DNA from: Camelus dromedarius
Taxonomy: Eukaryota
Direction: 5' to 3'
DNA: 64,000 nt
Assembly: GCF_036321535.1 (NCBI RefSeq)
Contig: NC_087437.1
Coordinates: forward strand, 59,336,001 to 59,400,000
The notes below the pieces were generated by a model. It made no database searches and was not told the DNA's origin. It saw nothing but the letters and a program-made list of their open reading frames with translations. Position numbers and translations under genes: made by a program. Below, one piece after another: positions 53,591 through 64,000 of this stretch; within the stretch, counting starts at the first letter, position 1, and each line of letters opens with the position of its first letter.

Positions 53591-55624
53591 TGGGTCACTT
53601 TGTTTTTACCTAAGAAAGAAATACTCATTACAGACAAGGTATAAAATACTGAAAAGTATAAAGGAAATATAATTTCTACATACACACAGAGAGCAAGATG
53701 AAAAATCCATGCACAATACACAGTATAGTTACAAACTTCCCCTTTCTAATGTTTATGTGAATGTTATTTGAGGGAAACATGTATGTATTTATAATCTTTT
53801 CTTTATAAAATTTCTTAAGCTTATTTTGTCTGATTATATAATAGATATATCAATTGAAAAAGTTTATAAAGCACCAAAAACTATTAAAAAGCATAATATT
53901 GATAAATATATCCCTGACAGAGTTACTTATATATATATGCCTTTTTTCTTACTCATACTAAGAACTCTTTAAAAAAAAATTCTGTCCTTTTAATTTTCCT
54001 GCCTTGCTTTTAAATAGCAACTTGGATGTCATGTCTTCTCAGGGGCTCGGTCCTGCCTATTTCCCCTGGTTTGGGAGTCGTTGCTATTTGGTCTCCCTTT
54101 ACCTTTCTTTGGTCTTGGGGAATGTGACTGGCAATGAACTGGAACTACAGCCGCTTGAGCCAAGGGGTTTCTCTTGGAACCAGAGATTTATACTGCAAAC
54201 CTGTAAGGAAAGGGAATTCAGGGGGAGATCTTTTTAAATTGGGGAATGTATTTAACTGCTTCCACAGTCAAGAAACCACTACTACAAGAACCAACATAAT
54301 CCCTTTACTACACAGGAAATCTCATCATGACTTTTAAGACTCATCTGATGTTAGTAAACAATGTTTTAAATACAATTCCCAACAGTGGCACACACTCTCT
54401 TGTATTCTACTTTTGTTACTTAACATTGTCTCTCGCAGATTTTTCTTACAAAATTAGAACTGGCAATTCATGTTGTGAGAATAAGCAAGCCATTCAGGCA
54501 CCAACTAGATAATTTCCAGGTAATTCCATTCTGTTCTTCAGTCTCTGGGTCTATGATCTTTTAGGTTTAATGGCAAAATAGTATTTCTTCATAAAAGTAT
54601 AATGTTTAATCTTTCCCAACAAGTAGAGTTTTGGGTCCTTATCATGTTGTGTGTGTTTGTGTGTGCTACTGTAAATAGTTTTATGAGAACATCTCATACA
54701 AATAGATCAGCTTTAAAAGTAATTTCCTTAGGGCAGTGTTCTCAGAAATCATCTGAGCTTGTTAAAGATTCCCAGGCCCTGCCCAGATCTATTTGAATAG
54801 ATATCACCCACAGAGCTTTAGGACATACTTATTCCAAAGTGCATTGCTGGTTAGAAGGAAAGCCCTATGGGATAGCTCTTTTCATACGTGATCAGGCTGC
54901 TTTGGGAAAGACTGCAATGGCTGCACTGGAGGAGACCCCTTGTTCCAGCTGCCGGTTTAGAAAATCCCACAGACTTGCACTGGAGACGCTCCAAGTACTA
55001 GGACACCCTGATGAAAGTCAAGGTCAAGTTCAGACCAGGGGAGTGGGCCTCTCCAGTTACCCTGAAAGCAGACATCAGCTGGCGGGGGCTGGACTCAGAA
55101 GTTGAAAGCTAGCTCAGGAACAGCGGCGTGTCGAAGGTGCCCTGGCACGGATTCCATAGCAACTCGAAGGATGCAAATACAGTTTTCACAAACAGTTCTT
55201 AATACACCAGTTGCCCAGTCCTAGCTGTGCTGTCTCATTAGTCTACTTAATGCAAGTTGCAGATAATCTAGCTAAGGAAAAAAAAAGTATAATCTTTGAA
55301 AAGTACAGCTGGAAAGCATATTTGAAATCAAACCTAACGGAGAAAATTCCTAGAACAAACAAAAACAGTTAAAGCCGGTGGCCTCAAAAAAAAAAAATGC
55401 GTGAAAGCAGGACACTGCTGCTTTCCTTCATAAACCTTGTTACAATCTGTTCACTTTAAAAAAAAAAGTGTAACTGCACTATATTTAAAAAAAACATTTT
55501 AAATAAGTTTTAAAACAAAGAAGAGAATGCTTTACAGTACACCACAAAGGATGCTGAACGAACTCAAATACAACAGGGACGGTAAAATAATCTTATAATT
55601 ATCACCTTAAAAAACCATTGGTGT

Positions 55625-55718
55625 CAAACGCATACTAGGAGCCGCCCTCGGCAGTTCCCTCGAGGCCTGGGCGCGAAGGCGGCGGGGCGGCGGGGCCGGG
55701 ACCCGCGCGCGCGCGCGC

Positions 55719-55758
<40 letters not shown>

Positions 55759-56140
55759 AGCGGGACTCGCGGAGTCGGAGGCTGCGCAGTGCGAACGCAC
55801 CAAGCCGCGCATTTCCTCCCTTCCCGGAAGTCCCCAGGCAATGGTTTTAGTGAATGGCAAGCTGCTGCGGTTTGGCGGCTTTTCCCCCGGAGAGATAGCC
55901 AGTAGGAGCCGGGATTCAATTCTGCCAGTGCGAACAGAGGCCTCCTTCCCCGCTGCAGCTTGAGGAGACCACTTACTGCCCCACCAGGACGGTCGTGAGG
56001 AGCCCAGTGGAGGGTGAGGAGTGGGGGAGCGCCCCTGACCCCCGACAGGGACTAAGCCCTGCTGCAATCACAGCTGAAGACTCCGAGGACCAGGAAGAGG
56101 AGAGCGCTGCCCTCTGCCACCGATACCAACAGCGGGTGGG
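55625..56140. promoter_or_regulatory. CpG island, probable bidirectional promoter
   Basis: Only strongly CpG-dense stretch in the window; GC boxes ggggcgg (55684-55690), tgcgcagtgcg NRF1-like site, ttcccggaagt (55821-55831) = STAT GAS palindrome overlapping an ETS CCGGAAGT site. Confidence 0.8.
55704..55758. repeat. Fused (CG)9 + (CGG)13 repeat
   Basis: (CG)9 at 55704-55721 runs directly into uninterrupted (CGG)13 at 55720-55758. Confidence 0.97.
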
Positions 56141-56780
56141 AATTTTATAATGGAATTGGGTGGGTATGCTGAGTTCTCCAGATTAACTGAGACACTTGAA
56201 GTTAATACGCTGTTGAATGAAGTGTCCGGTCCAAAAGAAGCGGTCCTGGATGCCCAGCGCCTCGTTTGGCTTTCAGAGTTAGGTAAAGTAAAAGCAAATC
56301 AGATGTGCTCGAAGTCACTTGATTTAGCACCATTCCTTGAAGTTCTGTCTTGTCTAAGATTGTCCCTCTCACCTGATGATAACTTTTGGAATAATACCGG
56401 ACAGGACTGGTAAACATCTTTAAGAGATTTTAGTCACCATGGCACCAAATCTCTTGTTCTTCAAGGCAGAGCCTTCTCTGCCAAAGTATTGACTTGAACG
56501 TCAGAAAAAAAACAAAAGTGGAAGAGAGTAGAACCCTCACAGTTGGAAGATGTAGAGGAGGATGATCAAGAAGGGACAGAAAAAGAAGTGGAGAGAATCT
56601 TGGAAATGTTGCAAAATTAGTCTTGAAACACGCCTAAGACATCTCTCTTCTTTTTCTTAATGATTGATACAGAATTCTTTTTCTGTCACCATAAAAAATA
56701 GTCATATATCGTATTTTTTGATTTTCAGTACTGGAAGGAAACTGCAAAAATTTTAAATGTCAAATGCTGTGATCTTGTCA
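55854..56780 (+). pseudogene. Intronless NSE4/EID-family (NSMCE4A/EID3-like kleisin) retro-pseudogene
   Basis: Collinear protein-level matches to recalled NSMCE4A/EID3: EDQEEESAALCHRYQQ; LTETLEVNTLLNEVSGPKEAVLDAQRLVWLSELGKVKANQM (cf. [42 protein letters not shown]); FKAEPSLPKY*LERQKK; PSQLEDVEEDDQEGTEKEVERILEMLQ (56534-56620; cf. EATEKEVERILGLLQ); SFSVTIKN; QYWKETAKI. No introns, several stops and frameshifts. Confidence 0.88.
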
Positions 56781-57324
56781 TATTACAGCAAAGCCTGGGT
56801 TCTTCACAGAAGGAGAATTTTATTGTAAATGGATAATAAAATCCAAAGAGAGAGAAGTATATATTATACAATGAAACCTATGTTTAAAGTGTATCTGAAA
56901 TAATATTATAATGTTTCTTTCTTGAGAGTTTATGAAGATGCCAGTCTTATGTAGGAAATAAAAATTCACTGACACATTCATAAAAGGAAAAAAAGAAAAG
57001 AAACCAGTCCTTTCATTTTACAGATGAGGAAAATGTGACGAGAAAGGGAAATGACTTGACAAGGATCAAACTGAATCAGACCTCGAAACTGGAGTCCAGC
57101 CGTGCTCCTTGGCCCAGTTCCTCTCCTTGCTCTGGAGGAGCTCTTACCCCATTGTAACAAACACAATATGAGTTTGGCTCACAAATCTCTTCATCATACG
57201 GAAGTACTGGGGGAGATACAGGGATTGGTTCTTCAGGATCTACAGAGGATTTTAAGAAAATCTTAAGTGATAGAGCTCTCCCTAAATCACCCAGGCTTCT
57301 TTGGGAGATTAAAATGGGTGAAAT

Positions 57325-57375
57325 CCTTTTCTTTTTTTTCTTTCTTTCTTTCTTTTTTTTTTTTTTTTTTTTTTT
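57325..57375. repeat. Poly-T/(CTTT) tract
   Basis: T-rich low-complexity run. Confidence 0.9.
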
Positions 57376-60300
57376 GGAGTAGTTTAAACTACTTGGTTGG
57401 TTGGATAATCACTTACTGGGGTTGTAGTCAAGGGGATTCAGTCCTCTGAAGCTCCTTCCATCTGTGGATCTGATTCTTGGTCACTAACTGGTTTTCAGGG
57501 CATATGTAGCCAGGAATTGTAGGGAGGAAGGAAACTAATCCCTCTTTAATGTCTACTTTGAGTCACATAGTGTTTTGCATTCATATATGTTCATTTACTT
57601 AATCTTCACAACGAGCTTTCTAAGTAGGTACTATTCTCAGTTTACCCATGAGTTCGCAAAGGTTGGGTAACAAGCTCCAAGCCATGCAGACAGTAGGCAG
57701 CACAGCTGCAACTGTTACACCATCTTTCATCTCCAGGTGATTGGGCAGATGATCACACAATTTGTTCCCCAGCTTCTCCCCAGTGTAGGCAGCGTCTTGC
57801 ACTGTTCAGTGAGTCTTCAGGACAAGTAACTCCCATTATCCTCCTAGTCAGACTAACAGTGAGGGATGAAGCTGCAATGGAGGCCCAAGGCAGCTAGAAG
57901 GATGCCTGCTAGGAGAAAGGCATTTTGATTGGCACCTCTTCATGAAGGCCCCAGAGTTCCAGAGCTTTGCATAACAGGCAGATTCCCATTGAACAATGAG
58001 GCCACACTTTGCTTCCAAAATTGCTCAGTTTAAAGGTTCACTCTGGATGAAGAGACTTGGGATTCAATTTTGAGACAAGCTTGGACAACACTAAATACTG
58101 GTTTGTGAAGGAAGAGGCTGGGACGATGGGGTCCAGAGAAATGGTCAACATCTGGAGCTCAAGTAGTTTGTGCTGCTCAAAGTCAGCAAGATCATTTGAT
58201 GTTCTTGAGTGAGTGGCCATTTCTATCAGGAGCCAACCAGTTTCGGGTGCCCCACAGAGCATGAGCCAGCCTCCCCTTGGGAGAGAGGGGAATGTGCTAA
58301 AGGCGAACTCCAGGGATGTCATCCTACTACCACGCCTTCTGCGTTTCCCAAGATGAGCCCTCCTCCTGCCCTGCTGTTACCAATCAGATGAAACACGTTC
58401 CCCAAGTCTGTACTGTATCCTTGACTACATTTCTGCTTCCTGAAAAGTTGTGGCCATAGGGATGTAAAACTCACCAGTCAGCTGTGGTCTCTCTAAGGCA
58501 TGCCATTTTCCTACTCTGGGATCTTGCAATAGCTACCAGTCACCCACAGAATTAAGTACCAGCTCCCAGGTTCCTTTTCAGCCCCTTCACCCACTCCCTA
58601 CACCCATTCTGGTCACATCAGATTCCTCTTTCCTTGGCTAGATTCCTCTCTTCCCTGCTTCTAATCCTGTGTGGTTTCCTCTGCCAGAACACTCTCCCAA
58701 CCCCTGCACCTCAATTCAAAGTTTCATCTTCCCTCAAAGTACAGCTTTGGTGATTAAGATCACAGAGCAAAACTGACTTTAGCAAACTCTATTACAAGAC
58801 AAGCACGGTCCAAAGCAGTTGGGTAAATAGGGTGGCTTTAAGTTCACTTCTAGTTCAGAGGTCACACTGGGGATTGGAATCCCTGCAGAGACCTGTGAAA
58901 CCAACCTGCTTCCGTGAGGCACCCCTTTCATGCTGCTGCGACTTGAACTACCCCTTAGGAGCAATTGGGCAGCTGCAGCTGAGTCACACAGGCTGCTAGG
59001 GGACAGCCAGGAACAGGACTGTGTTTCTTGACATTTCCCCCAGATCCTCTCATGGCAGGCTTCTGTGGCTGTGCTGGGATTCAGACATATCTCTTTGCTC
59101 CATGGTGAGATACTTTAGTTCACTCAATCAGGATTTATTCATTCAGGTGTTCCCCCCACCCTCGCTCCAAAAAATCCTGAAATGGGATTTCAGTGCTTAA
59201 ATTGAACACCTCCCATCATGCCTCTTACCCTTTGTGTGCTTTCAGGTACCTCCTGAAACAGATAGTCCCCTTCATCTGCAAACCCTGCCCCAGCACACAC
59301 CTTGCCAGGTTGGAGCAAGTCCTGGTACCTAGAGCAATTTGCTTTGCTTGCCCTTGCAATACCAATGATCTTGCAAACACCTGGTTCATCAAACAGTCCT
59401 CTCCTAACTTCCAGCAGAAAACTCAAGTGGGTGACTGGAGGGCAGGAGTCAGTTCCCATCAGTACCTGTGATCGCATCCCAGACCCCCAGAACATTGGCC
59501 CAGTCCTCTCCTAGGCTTAGTCAGTTCTGGCAGAAGAGAGCTTTATGGAGATCCAAACATATCAGCTGTTTGTTTGATGAACTCGTTCCTGGCACCTAGC
59601 AGATAGTCAGAGTACAGGCGAATCTAAAGGGAAAGGGAAAAGAAGGTCCAAAGTCCTTTAGATTGTATCTCAAAGCAAGAGTGGTTTGTGAACTTCTAAT
59701 CTTCAGAACAAACTTGGGGCCTGTCCAGAGGACCCCAAGTCTTAGCTCCATTCTGAGCCATGGTGCCGACCAGCCAAGCTCTGTGACAGCTCCTTGTTCC
59801 TCATTTTCATGGGCAGCCTCGGCAGAAGCTTAAATTCCAGTCATGGGTGTCACTGCAGGTTGATCCCTGCTCAGATCCTGACAAATGCTTGACAGCTCGG
59901 AGCTGTTGAGCTGTCTCCAGAAAGTGTTACTCATCAGAGGTCAAGTCCACTGGCTTCACAGACCACTTGTGCACCTGGGATCTGAGCATCTGCATGTTAT
60001 CTTTGTTCCTTTCAAGGTTTACATCTTCAGGGTCCCACTGTGGAGAAAAGATACAAGAGGTACCTTGATGGAATAGACCCTTTTCATCTCTTATGATTCC
60101 CCCAACAAGAGCTCCAATCCTGGTTCTCACGGCCCAGGCCCAGACGAACAAACAGATAAAGATAGGTTAACCAGGCCTGTGTTTCTAGGACCTAACAGGA
60201 CAAGTAAAACTTAAATCAAGGAATTAATGGACAGCCACCCTGAACAGACCAGACCTACTTCCCCTCCCACTCTTTTTTCCCCTTGTTTTCACCAAGTCCT

Positions 60301-62909
60301 TCTCTAGTGAGACTGAGTCATATTCCCATTATCCTGAGAACTCCTACCTCCATGCCTAACTCGTTCCTGGAAAAGACCAGGCAAACTCAAACCATTCTTC
60401 AGGGCTCAGGTAAGTTCCTCCTCTTCCAAGAAGAGGATTGCTTCCCCCACTGAGCTCTCACCCACTTCTCTCTTTGTACTGTCTGTACCACTGGTTTGCA
60501 GCTAAGCGACACACAGCCATGCCCTGTCTCTGGGTACTGCCTTGTCCTCTCACGTAGGGCAGGGCACTGGTCTGCCCTTGCCCCCACACGGTGTTTCCTT
60601 CTGAGGTTAGCAGACTTGTCAAAAACAAACACTTAAAACTTAATTCAGAGTTGTCACTGCTAGTGAATATTTCATCACTCTGAGTCAGACAAGTATGGGA
60701 AATTGAAATTTGCAGGGGTAGGAGTGGGCAGGTGGGCAGATGGGCACACAAGCATTGATTGGCTGTTTGCAAAGTCCTCCTGTTGTTCTTAACAGATGAG
60801 AGAGGACTTTGCATGTGGGCCGAAAGCAAGGGAATCCTTAGTGATTCCAGCCACAGGGGCAAATGGGACGTCAGGCTTAAGCCCTCCTTCTGCCACTAGC
60901 TGGCTTGCTTTTCTTTTGATCTTGATTCCTCCATGTGTACATTGGGAGGCTGAATTGGCAACTAGATAACACGATCTCATATTTCTGAGTTTCTATGACT
61001 GATGATTCTGAGTCATAAGGTTGCATTTGATAGTAACAAAAGGCCCAGGAAACAAGCAAAGGACATGAAGGATGTGTCAGCCCAGGCCAGTCTATTTGGG
61101 CAAGAAAATAGGGCCAGGCATGGACATGGACCCAAAGAAAAATGCTCTACCAGCCACTGAAACCTGAGTGGAATCAAAGAGTCTAGTCCTTAGAGGGCCA
61201 GGACAAGGTCTTAGAGGCTCCCTGAGCCACTAACAGATAATGCCCACATGCTGCCAGTTTTAAAACACACATTGTAGTTTTATTTTGAACAAGCGCAATT
61301 TGATTAGTGATTTACTGATAATAACCGAATTAAGTTCTACTACTTGGTCGTCAAGAAAAGCATCACATTTAAAAGACCCAGTAACCCTGCAGGCCAGGGA
61401 CTAAGCTGATTTGGTTGGTGCAGCTCAGCCCCACGTACCTGTCTGGGGCTGTGCCAGGCACTCCCAGTGCCAACTTCTCATATGTTTGTGGTTGCAGGCT
61501 TGGGGGGACACACCTCTAAGCAGATTCCTTCTGGACGTTATCAGATCTCCCAAGTGAAAGAGCTCCCTGGCCCCTCATTCTCTGTGGCCCAGATGCCCAA
61601 GGGTGGGAGTGGGGACCTGTTCTGTCCTCTGAGCATGGACAGTGTACTTTTGGATGAATTCTGTTTTCAAGCTGAGACCTCCATTCTAGATCTCTCGGTT
61701 CTCGACCAACCTCACCAGAGGGCCCTCATTAAAAAGGTTGATGCCGGCGACCCACCCTAGACCCTATGCATGGGTTGGGACCTAAGGCTTGGCATTTGAA
61801 CAAGCTCCTAGGGTGACTCTTAGCTGATATTTCATAACCACTGCTTCAGCTCCTAAAATGGCTTCTTAAGAGTTATTCTTGCTACTCCTGACCAATTCAG
61901 CTCCGGGCAAACAGCAACAGCCCGCTACTTTGATCAGGTGCACTCCTGGAAGTGGGTTAAGCCTTTGAAAACATTTTGTCTCTTCCTTCTGAACTCCCAG
62001 AATAATGTGTTTTAAAATGTCATTTTAAGTAATAAAAACACTGCTGGAATCCAGGCATTCAGAGAATTTGAGCAAAAGATAATCTACTCCCTTAGTAGAA
62101 AAAAGTCCTGGAGATGACAGGCACAGGTGGCTGTTGTGAAGCGTGCTCATTCATCACGTGGAGGCGAGGATAGCATGGAGGGAGCAGCAGCTGCCAAGGT
62201 CTCACAATGACGACGCGGGGGAGTGTTGATCTCAACTGCCGAGGGCACTCCCGGCACTACTACCATTAGCAACCTGCCTTTCTTCTGCTTCTTCAGAGAC
62301 TTTTGTTCCAAGCCACGTTTTTCCCCTGGATTACACATCTTCTCTGAGTCCCTACATGATGGATTGGACCAAACAGAAAGAACTCTCAACTGAGAGAGCC
62401 CAGAAAATACCCTGACCCTCAGACTCTCCTTTCATTTTCACATTTTTTTTTCTCCTAAAGGAATCTGGCATGGGCCCAGCCATCCAAGCGGGGCTCACAG
62501 AAACAGGAACTGAAATCAAGCCACAGGAAGTCCCGTGTGGAATAAAGAGAGAGCATGACTGTTCATACCTGCTCCAGGTTTAGGGCTTCCCAATACTTCT
62601 GCTACAGAATAAAAAGAAAGATTAAAAAAAAAAAGTGTTGAATAGATTTTGCCACCATCACAGAGCAGAGCAGAGCTTGGCGCCAGCCCCTGTCTGCTCA
62701 GTGAGCCAGGAGGCAGTCCCTCCACTGGTCTGGAGGCAAAGGAACAGCTGACTTCAGCAAGCAAAAAGGCAGCAGCTACAAGCGGTGACAATTTACTTAA
62801 ATGATCAATGGGATAATTGTGATAATTATGAAGGGCTACAGGTCCTTGAAAAAATGATTATCTATACAGATTTTTAAATTACTATTATTAGAAATTATTA
62901 CTATTAGGC

Positions 62910-62910
<1 letters not shown>

Positions 62911-62952
<42 letters not shown>
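62911..62952. repeat. (TAA)14 microsatellite
   Basis: Uninterrupted TAA run. Confidence 0.97.
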
Positions 62953-62954
<2 letters not shown>

Positions 62955-63197
62955 CCATTACTAACCACATGGCTGAGATGAGTCAGCTCAAACCCATAAA
63001 ACTAAGAAAGAGAGACGCAAGTGAAACCCTCACTTGAAAATAAGGGGTATGTGCTATCAGCCAAGATTCATTTTTAATCAGCCTTTATTGCATGGCTGGT
63101 TCCACCCCAAGCCTCAAATATGTCTGACTCAGGTTCCTGAAGTGTGGCATCGCCGTCTGCTCCCATTCCTCCAGTGCCTCCTGCAGTGCCTGGGAGA

Positions 63198-63204
63198 TGC
63201 GTGC

Positions 63205-63242
<38 letters not shown>
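63198..63242. repeat. Compound (TGCG)/(TG)n/(GA)n microsatellite
   Basis: tgcgtgcgtgcgtgtgtgtg...tgagagaga. Confidence 0.93.
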
Positions 63243-64000
63243 CACAGAACTATGAATCTGCAAGTGTCTGTTACACTGTTCTGTGAATGTCTATTACATT
63301 GAATAGCTGCCAATCTGAACAGTACACAGGATTTGGCATTATTGTCACACTAAAACAAAGCCCCTACTGTTCAATTCTTTTAAATTTTCATTTTGAACAA
63401 CTCCTGTTTGTTTGCTTTTGTTTTGTCTTTCTGAGCTTTTTGAGGGCCCCAGTTTAACTCAACGTTGAGCCTTCAGGGCCTGGAGTACACTCAGCTGGTG
63501 TGGAGTGCACTCAGCAAATGTCTGCTGTGTGTGTGTGTAGCTGTGTATCTGAGTTAAAATTGTAAAATCTTTACTGAATACCTCTATTTGTCCATTGATA
63601 ACTGCTAGCCCAGAGATGGGGCTCTGCTCTGGAGCCCACACAAGTGCCACTCTGGGCCAGAGCTGGAGGTGGGGATGGAGTGGGCAGAGCAGAGAGGTGT
63701 CCAAGGCTGTGCTGGCAGAGCCGTGCCCCAAGCTCAGTGCCTGGCCAACTGGTAGCCCTGGGGCAAAGGGCAGAGGTCCCACTCTGGAAGCGAGGAGGGC
63801 AGGGCAGGTGTGCCAAAGCTGGGTCCTCGCTCAGTGCCCCTCACATGCGTTCCCTGCCCCACCCCCCACCACGGGCAGGATGTGGTGCCCTGCAGGAGGG
63901 TGGGCATTATATGGGGTGGGGGGCAGCTGAAACGCAGCCCAACATTTGTCTCCCCAGTTCTTCCCTTCTTCCCTCCCCCTCCCATCCGCCCCTCCAGGTC

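Noticed and set aside
55624..56067. Minus-strand ORFs with poly-Pro (147 aa) and poly-Arg (94 aa)
   Set aside because: Products of the stop-poor GC-rich island and CCG repeat; non-ATG starts and no recognisable homology.
56150..56413. Calling this EID3 or NSMCE4A itself
   Set aside because: NSMCE4A is multi-exon and EID3 is an intact single ORF; this copy has multiple stops and frameshifts and is very diverged from both, so no gene symbol is given.
1..64000. CRISPR arrays, rRNA, prokaryotic operons, known miRNA hairpins
   Set aside because: Mammalian DNA; no regularly spaced repeat-spacer array, rRNA sequence or mature miRNA sequence that I recognise.

Overview
Mammalian, repeat-rich, essentially non-coding genomic DNA, very probably from a camelid: it carries 12 copies of a tRNA-Ala-derived SINE matching the camelid Vic-1 family. 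Older eutherian repeats are also abundant (MIR, L2, L1M, MER5/20/58/63, Tigger2, MLT1/MLT2, MER21, LTR33), plus three ERV1-type LTRs. I find no intact spliced protein-coding gene, and almost all ORFs in the track are repeat-derived or random. The main non-repeat feature is a CpG island at ~55.6-56.15 kb that contains a fused (CG)9-(CGG)13 tract and an ETS/STAT motif. On its right (+ strand) is a decayed, intronless, apparently near-full-length NSE4/EID-family (NSMCE4A/EID3-like kleisin) retrocopy that still holds an 87-aa ORF. On its left (- strand) is a repeat-free U-rich block that looks like the 5' part of a lncRNA-type transcript. Other observations: an ancient local duplication marked by two MLT2 LTRs with the same flank 38 kb apart, a perfect 74-bp tandem duplication, and several AP-1/ARE, ETS-CRE and CTCF-like motifs. 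Repeat subfamily names and protein alignments come from recall of consensus sequences, not from a search, and boundaries are approximate.
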